DNA of 64,000 bases from a bacterium (lineage in GTDB: Bacteria; DRYD01): assembly GCA_039630415.1 (NCBI GenBank), contig JBCNVB010000003.1, positions 52,962 to 116,961 of the forward strand, given 5' to 3'. The notes under the pieces were generated by a model that saw nothing but the letters and a program-made list of their open reading frames with translations, was not told where the DNA came from and ran no database searches. Below are positions 57,520 through 64,000 of this stretch, piece by piece; within the stretch, counting starts at the first letter, position 1, and each line of letters opens with the position of its first letter. The translations under genes were made by a program, and so were the position numbers.

Positions 57520-59442
57520 TTGACTCTTATGGAAATAAATATTGAAAACATAAAGATAGCTTACTTTCCTACGCAAGAAATTATCCAAAATTCCAATCTT
57601 TTCAAAATAATGACTGAGGAAAATTTAACTTATGAGCAGTTATATGAAAAATCTATAAAAGATGAGGAATGGTTTTGGAATAGGTTTTTTAAAGATATTA
57701 ACTTTAAGTGGTTTAAATATCCTGAAAGAATTGTTGAAAAAAACGGGATAAATACAAGATGGTTTGTTGGTGGGTTTCTCAATATCTCCTCTAATTGTTT
57801 AGATGCTAATTCAGAAAAGATTGCTATCATTGAAGTTGATGAAGACCTTAATGAAAGTTTTTTAACGTATGGAGAACTGGAAAAGAAGGTTAATAAATTG
57901 GCAAATTTTTTGACGAATGTTGGTATTGGGTTGAACGATAGGGTTGCTCTTTATATGCCTTTATCGAAGGAAAGTGTGGTTTGTTTCCTTGCTCTTGCTC
58001 GTATTGGTGCTATTGTTGTTCCTCTGTTTTCTGGATTTGGAAAAGATGCTATCAATATTAGACTTAAAGCTTCGGATGCTAAAATGGTAATCTCTTTTTG
58101 CTTCAACAAAAGAAGAAACAAGAAAATAGATATGAAAAAAACGCTGTTGGAAGCAATCGAAGGCACTTCTGTTAAGAAAATACTCTTCATTGGAAAAGAT
58201 GTTGAGAAAGTGAAAGATGTAGAAGTTTATAGCTATGATGAGGTTGAAAAATGCTCGCCTTTTATAAAGGTACCTATTTTTGAATCTTCTTTTCCGTTAA
58301 TGATAATATATACATCTGGCACAACGGGTTTACCAAAGGGTGTTTTGCACTTTCATTCAGGATTTCCTATCAAAGCTGCTCAAGATATGTTTCATGTCTT
58401 TGATCTTAAATCTGATGATATTATAACCTGGATAACGGATATAGGGTGGATGATGGGACCATGGTTGATATATGGAGCCCTTATAAATAGGTCAACTATA
58501 TTTATTTACAATGGTTCTCCAGATTATCCCGATGTTGATATAATCTGGAAGCTTGTAGATAAGTATAAGGTAACGTGTGTAGGATTATCTCCTTCCTACA
58601 TAAGATCAATTGCAAACAAATCAAAAGTAAATGAACTGGATTTAGAAAGTTTGAGGATGGTTGGATCTACTGGTGAGGTTTGGGATGAATACCATTGGAA
58701 CTGGACTTTTGAAAATATTTGCAAAAGTAAAAAACCTATAATAAACTATTCGGGAGGAACTGAGGTTAGCGGAGGAATATTGGGTAACGTTGTTATTAAA
58801 CCTATTAAACCTTTGTCTTTTAACAGTCCTGTTTTGGGGATGGATGCGGTTGTCCTTGACGAAAATGCAAATAAAGTTAAGGGAGAAGTGGGATATCTTT
58901 GTATTGCAAATCATAATCCTGGAATGGCTACAACTTTCTGGAATGATCATCAAAGGTATATCGAAACTTATTGGTCAAAGTTCGAAAATATTTGGTACCA
59001 TGGGGATTTAGCTTATATTGATAATGACGGATTCTTTTATATTTTAGGTAGAGCTGATGATACTTTAAAAATTGCAGGAAAGAGGATAGGACCTGCTGAA
59101 TATGAAACAGTTATTAATAACGTTGAAGGGGTAAAAGAGTCTGCTGTTGTTGGAATACCTGATGAGGTTAAAGGTATGGCTCCTCTTGCTTTTGTCGTTG
59201 CTTCTGACGCATCGATTAAGCAAAAAATATTTGATAAAGTAATAGAAACACTTGGGAAACCCTTTGCTCTTAAAGATGTCATATTTGTTGATGATTTACC
59301 TAAAACAAGAAATTTTAAAATAATGAGAAGAATATTAAGAGACATAGTTGTTTATGGAAATATAAAAGGAGATACTAGTAATTTGGTTAATCCTGAAGTT
59401 TGTGAAAAGATAATAAGCCATTATAAGAAGGTGATCTCATGA
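57520..59442 (+). CDS. AMP-forming acyl-CoA synthetase (acetate--CoA ligase-like)
   Basis: YTSGTTG.PKG, D.GWMMG, SGGTE, GD, GRADD..K.AGKR, LPKTR..KIMRR. Confidence 0.9.
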   Translation: MTLMEINIENIKIAYFPTQEIIQNSNLFKIMTEENLTYEQLYEKSIKDEEWFWNRFFKDINFKWFKYPERIVEKNGINTRWFVGGFLNISSNCLDANSEKIAIIEVDEDLNESFLTYGELEKKVNKLANFLTNVGIGLNDRVALYMPLSKESVVCFLALARIGAIVVPLFSGFGKDAINIRLKASDAKMVISFCFNKRRNKKIDMKKTLLEAIEGTSVKKILFIGKDVEKVKDVEVYSYDEVEKCSPFIKVPIFESSFPLMIIYTSGTTGLPKGVLHFHSGFPIKAAQDMFHVFDLKSDDIITWITDIGWMMGPWLIYGALINRSTIFIYNGSPDYPDVDIIWKLVDKYKVTCVGLSPSYIRSIANKSKVNELDLESLRMVGSTGEVWDEYHWNWTFENICKSKKPIINYSGGTEVSGGILGNVVIKPIKPLSFNSPVLGMDAVVLDENANKVKGEVGYLCIANHNPGMATTFWNDHQRYIETYWSKFENIWYHGDLAYIDNDGFFYILGRADDTLKIAGKRIGPAEYETVINNVEGVKESAVVGIPDEVKGMAPLAFVVASDASIKQKIFDKVIETLGKPFALKDVIFVDDLPKTRNFKIMRRILRDIVVYGNIKGDTSNLVNPEVCEKIISHYKKVIS

Positions 59443-61889
59443 AAATTGCTGATTTTCAACAGATAGAGGAAAAATGGCAAAAATATTGGGAAGAAAACCA
59501 AGTTTATAAAGCTGTCTTTGATAAAACGAAACCTAAATACTATGTTTTAGAAATGTTTCCATATCCAAGTGGACAATTACATATGGGCCATGCAAGGAAT
59601 TATTGCATAGGTGATGCTATTGCAAGATACTACTTTTTAAAAGGTTATAATGTTCTACATCCGATAGGATGGGATGCTTTCGGATTACCAGCTGAAAATG
59701 CTGCAATAAAAAATAAAATACATCCTAAAGTCTGGACAGAAAACAATATTAACACAATGAGAAAACAATTGAAAAGGCTTGGAATATCTTATGATTGGAG
59801 TAGAGAAATAAACACATCAAGCCAACAATATTATAAATTTACCCAGTGGATGTTTTTGAAATTGTTCGAAAATGGATTGGCTTACAGAAAAAAAGGACTT
59901 GTTAATTGGTGCTTCCATTGTAATACTGTCCTTGCTAATGAACAGGTTATTGATGGAAAATGTTGGAGATGTAATAATCAAGTTGGAAAGAAAGAACTGG
60001 AACAATGGTTTATTAGAATAACAAAGTATGCGGATAGTTTATTGGAGGAACTTGAAAATTTGGATGGTTGGAGTAATTATGTTAAGCAGATGCAAAGAAA
60101 TTGGATAGGTAAAAGTTTAGGAGCAAGAGTTAAATTTTGGGTTCCCGATTTTCAGGAATATTTAGAAATTTTTACAACCAGGCCTGATACTCTGCCAGGG
60201 GTTACTTTTGTTTGCATTGCTCCTGAACACAGTTTAGTAAAGAAAATAGTAGAAAAAACAAACAATAAAGAAATAATTGAATATCTTGAAAAAACTGCTT
60301 CTTTAACAACGACTGAAAGAACAAAAGAAAAAACAGGAATTTTTACTTCTTTTTATTGTCAAAATCCTTTGAATGGTAATTTGTTACCGATTTGGATTGC
60401 TAATTACGTGCTTGGGGACTATGGAACGGGTGCTGTTATGGCAGTACCTGCTCATGATCAACGAGACTATGAATTCGCAAAAACGTATAATTTACCTATA
60501 ATACCCGTTATAATGCCAGAATATGAGATAGAAAACAAAGCTTATGAAGAACAAAAAGGAAAGATGTTTAACGTTGGAACGATTGATGGAATATTAGTCG
60601 ATGGCATGGATTGTAACGATTTTAAGGTTTTTGTTGTTAAATATCTTGAGAGTAAAGGGTTAGGACATGAAGAAGTTAATTATAAATTGAAGGATTGGTT
60701 GATTTCAAGACAGAGGTATTGGGGTGCTCCTATACCGATAATATACTGCGATTCTTGTGGTATTGTGCCTGTACCTTATGAGGATCTTCCTGTTCTTTTG
60801 CCTGAAAATGTTGAGATAACAGGAAAAGGAGAATCTCCTCTTTCTTATTGTCCTGAATTTGTTAATACTACATGTCCTAAATGTGGAGGAAAAGCAAAGA
60901 GGGAAACTGATACGATGGATACTTTCATGTGCTCAAGTTGGTATTTTTGGAGGTATACCAGTCCATATAGGAACGATTTACCTTTTGACAAGGATGAGTT
61001 AGATTATTGGATGCCTGTTGATCAGTATATAGGTGGGATTGAACATGCTGTTATGCACTTACTGTATTCTCGGTTCTTGAGTCATTTTCTATATGATTTA
61101 GGTTTAGTTCCTACTAAAGAGCCATTCAAAAATTTACTTAATCAAGGGATGGTTTGTAAGGATGGCAAAGCAATGTCCAAATCACTTGGGAATATTGTTT
61201 CGATTGAGGAGATCGTAGAGAAATATGGTGCTGATACGGGAAGAGTTTTTGAGTTATTTGTTGCTCCCCCTGAAAAAGATATAGAATGGTCTGACAAAGG
61301 AATAGAGGGAGTTCATAGATTCCTTAACCGGTTTTTTAAATATGTCAAAAATTTAATAGAATCAAAAAGTGAAGGTGTTTTACAAGAGGAGGATAGAAAG
61401 AAAATATTGAATAGAGTTTATAGAATGCTAAGCAAGATAACTGAGGAATTTGAAAGTAAAAGATATCATTTTAACACTTCTATCGCTGCTTTGATGGAAC
61501 TACTCAACTTTCTTGAGGAAAATGTTGAGATAGTAAATAATTTAAGTAAGCAGGATAAGGATGATGTTATCGATATCTTAATAAAAGCTATATCTCCTTT
61601 TGCTCCTCATTTGGCTGAAGAATTGTGGAATTTATGGGGTAAAAAGGGTAGTGTATTTAAAGATAAATGGCCTGAAATAAAGCATGAATACTTAGTTGAA
61701 AACAAAATTACTATTCCTATTCAAATAAATGGAAAATTGAGAGGACAGCTAGAAATCGATATAGATGCCGATAAAGATACTATCATTCATTACATCCTTA
61801 ATGAACCAAAGATTTCTAAATATATCCAAAACAAACAAATTAAAAATATTATTTTTGTTAAAAATAAGATCATTAATTTGATAGTATAG
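59439..61889 (+). CDS. leuS: leucine--tRNA ligase
   Basis: MFPYPSG.LHMGH, FTTRPDT, DW.ISRQRYWG, AMSKS. Confidence 0.97.
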   Translation: MKIADFQQIEEKWQKYWEENQVYKAVFDKTKPKYYVLEMFPYPSGQLHMGHARNYCIGDAIARYYFLKGYNVLHPIGWDAFGLPAENAAIKNKIHPKVWTENNINTMRKQLKRLGISYDWSREINTSSQQYYKFTQWMFLKLFENGLAYRKKGLVNWCFHCNTVLANEQVIDGKCWRCNNQVGKKELEQWFIRITKYADSLLEELENLDGWSNYVKQMQRNWIGKSLGARVKFWVPDFQEYLEIFTTRPDTLPGVTFVCIAPEHSLVKKIVEKTNNKEIIEYLEKTASLTTTERTKEKTGIFTSFYCQNPLNGNLLPIWIANYVLGDYGTGAVMAVPAHDQRDYEFAKTYNLPIIPVIMPEYEIENKAYEEQKGKMFNVGTIDGILVDGMDCNDFKVFVVKYLESKGLGHEEVNYKLKDWLISRQRYWGAPIPIIYCDSCGIVPVPYEDLPVLLPENVEITGKGESPLSYCPEFVNTTCPKCGGKAKRETDTMDTFMCSSWYFWRYTSPYRNDLPFDKDELDYWMPVDQYIGGIEHAVMHLLYSRFLSHFLYDLGLVPTKEPFKNLLNQGMVCKDGKAMSKSLGNIVSIEEIVEKYGADTGRVFELFVAPPEKDIEWSDKGIEGVHRFLNRFFKYVKNLIESKSEGVLQEEDRKKILNRVYRMLSKITEEFESKRYHFNTSIAALMELLNFLEENVEIVNNLSKQDKDDVIDILIKAISPFAPHLAEELWNLWGKKGSVFKDKWPEIKHEYLVENKITIPIQINGKLRGQLEIDIDADKDTIIHYILNEPKISKYIQNKQIKNIIFVKNKIINLIV

Positions 61890-61905
61890 GAAAGGATGTT
61901 TATGG

Positions 61906-62949
61906 GTGGATAGTAATCAACAGGTAGGGAATAAAGTTGATGTGGAGAATATAGAAAAATTTTTCGAAATTTTAGGAAAATTTTATGTATGTTTTGAAGG
62001 TAATAAAGTAATCGATAACAAAAGTGCTTTTACTGATGTTGTTTTGCCACCTGAATTTTTCACAAGTGTTGTTCATAAACTTAAAGATTATTATTCTAAG
62101 AATGTTAATAAAATTACTGATTTCAAAAAAATTGTTATTAATGAACAAATTCACGGGAAATCAGTAGACTTAGAATTTGTAGTTATTTCAAAGAAAAATA
62201 AGCTTTTCTTTATACTTGTTAATGATAATTATGTAAGGTATGAATTTTTTAGAACCAGTATTCTTAATACTCTTTCTCACGAACTTAAAACTCCATTAAC
62301 TATTATAAAGGGGTATATCCAATATGTTATGAAGTCATTTGCTAATGAAAGTAGCTTATCAAGCATTATGGCGACTATGTTAAGTGAAACGTATAGACTT
62401 GAAGAAATTATTTCTGAATTAATCGAAGTTTCTAAATTCTATTCTGATAACGTTATGATTAGAAGAGACGTTTTTTCTGTTAAGAGTTTAATTAATATGG
62501 TTGTTAATAAGTTTGAACCTAAGATAAAATCGAGGGATATAAGGTTGGAAATAGAGATTGTTAATAATGATTTTGAGGTTATTGCAGATTTTGAAAAAAT
62601 TAGATATGTTATTTCTGAATTAATTGAGAATTCCATCAAATACGGCAAAGATAAGATAGTAATAAGAACATTTGAAGATTTTGATGGATTTTATTTTGAA
62701 GTAATTGATAATGGTAGAGGAATGCCAAAGGAAATACAAAAAAATATTTTTAATCTATTTGTAAGAACTGATAATGAATTAAATAGGAAAATTTATGGAC
62801 TTGGAGTTGGTTTGTTTTTGGTAAAAAAAATAGTCGAGGCACATAAAGGAGAAGTAAGTATTAAATCGAAGGTTAATAAGGGAACTAAAGTTACTATATT
62901 TATCCCAAGAAATTTTAACCCTTCTCATAGCTTATTTGCAGGAAAGTAA
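61906..62949 (+). CDS. cytoplasmic sensor histidine kinase (HisKA + HATPase)
   Basis: SHELKTPL, N..KY, DNG.G, G.G.GL..VK.IVEAH.G; no TM segment seen. Confidence 0.9.
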   Translation: MDSNQQVGNKVDVENIEKFFEILGKFYVCFEGNKVIDNKSAFTDVVLPPEFFTSVVHKLKDYYSKNVNKITDFKKIVINEQIHGKSVDLEFVVISKKNKLFFILVNDNYVRYEFFRTSILNTLSHELKTPLTIIKGYIQYVMKSFANESSLSSIMATMLSETYRLEEIISELIEVSKFYSDNVMIRRDVFSVKSLINMVVNKFEPKIKSRDIRLEIEIVNNDFEVIADFEKIRYVISELIENSIKYGKDKIVIRTFEDFDGFYFEVIDNGRGMPKEIQKNIFNLFVRTDNELNRKIYGLGVGLFLVKKIVEAHKGEVSIKSKVNKGTKVTIFIPRNFNPSHSLFAGK

Positions 62950-62981
62950 AATATAAACTAAAAATTGTTCAAGGAGGTTAT

Positions 62982-64000
62982 ATGGAGAATTTTGAGTTGT
63001 ATAAATACAAAGTAGTCCAAAAGATAAATTTCTTATCTTTGGAAGAAAGAGAGAAAATATTAGAAAATGCGGGATACAATGTTTTTAACATAAGTTCAAA
63101 GTATATAACGGTAGATTTACTTACGGACAGTGGGACGAATACAATCAGCGACTTGCAGTTGTCTATGATGATGCTTTTTGATGAATCTTATGCAGGAGCC
63201 GGAAGTTTTGAAAGGTTTCTACAAAGTGCTAAAGATTTTTGCAATAAGAGATTTATAGTACCGGTTCATCAAGGTAGGGCAGCTGAAAAAATACTCGCTG
63301 AAATATTCTGTTCAAAGGGAAGTATTGTCCTAAGTAATACTCATTTCGATACAGGGTTTGCTATATATAAGTATAAAGAATCAATTCCCGTTAATATACC
63401 GACTCCATTCTATAGTGATGAATCTTTTTTATTCAAGGGTAATATAGATTTAGATAAACTGGAAAGTTTTTTGAAGAATGAAAATGTTAGTCATGTTGTT
63501 ATGACTATAACAAACAATGCTCTTGGGGGGCAGCCTGTTGATTTAGAAAATGTTGCACAAGCTTACGAGTTAACAAAAAAGTATGGAAAACCTTTTATTA
63601 TTGATGGTTGCAGGATTGCTGAAAATGCTATCCTTTATAAAAAATACAGAGGAGTTAATAAATCGATAAAGGAAATTATTCATTCTTACACTCATTACTG
63701 TGATATTTTTTATATGAGTACAAAGAAGGATGGAATTGCTCATATGGGTGGGTTTATTGCTTTTGATGATGAAAAGTTTTTGCCCAAGATAAGGCAGTTG
63801 GCTATACTTTTTGAGGGGTTTCCTTCTTATGGAGGATTGTCTGGAAAAGACATGGAGATAATTGCGCAGGGGTTAAGGGAAGTTTTGGATGAGGATTATT
63901 TGAATGACAGGATAAACCAGGTTAGTTTTTTGGGTAATTTATTGGATAGAATAGGGGTACCTGTTATTAAGCCGTTTGGAGGGCATGCTGTTTTTGTTGA
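62982..64000 (+). CDS. tryptophanase / tyrosine phenol-lyase family beta-eliminating lyase (partial, runs off window end)
   Basis: Manual translation after RBS AAGGAGG: DLLTDSGT, DESYAG, HQGRAAE, TNN..GGQPV, MSTKKDG, EGFPSYGGL, GGHAVF. Confidence 0.9.
   Translation, partial: MENFELYKYKVVQKINFLSLEEREKILENAGYNVFNISSKYITVDLLTDSGTNTISDLQLSMMMLFDESYAGAGSFERFLQSAKDFCNKRFIVPVHQGRAAEKILAEIFCSKGSIVLSNTHFDTGFAIYKYKESIPVNIPTPFYSDESFLFKGNIDLDKLESFLKNENVSHVVMTITNNALGGQPVDLENVAQAYELTKKYGKPFIIDGCRIAENAILYKKYRGVNKSIKEIIHSYTHYCDIFYMSTKKDGIAHMGGFIAFDDEKFLPKIRQLAILFEGFPSYGGLSGKDMEIIAQGLREVLDEDYLNDRINQVSFLGNLLDRIGVPVIKPFGGHAVFV

Overview
AT-rich bacterial chromosomal window, gene-dense and mostly housekeeping, with strongly shuffled gene order. 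Examples: rplR-rpsE-rplO detached from the spc operon and followed by murB, and lone kdd, hutI, gcvPB and NurA-like genes. It holds about 60 CDS and five tRNAs (Gly-CCC, Ser-CGA, Thr-TGT, His-GTG, Pro-TGG). I saw no CRISPR array, rRNA, integrase or transposase. The most unusual signals are: (1) all four tRNAs with a co-oriented downstream gene are followed by an ATG 9-10 nt after the discriminator base, through a G-free spacer with no Shine-Dalgarno; (2) a tandem [Gly-rich gene + tRNA-Pro] duplication with reciprocal decay, leaving an anticodon-less tRNA-like element with a compensated T-stem; (3) a three-gene minor-pilin-like operon whose products are almost lysine-free in a Lys-rich proteome; (4) a shared TTWACR-N5-TTTACA box about 70-80 nt upstream of three unlinked genes encoding proteins without a signal peptide; (5) a stand-alone 5'-3' nuclease ending in a beta-clamp-type motif. 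All product calls come from motif recognition by eye, with no database searches.
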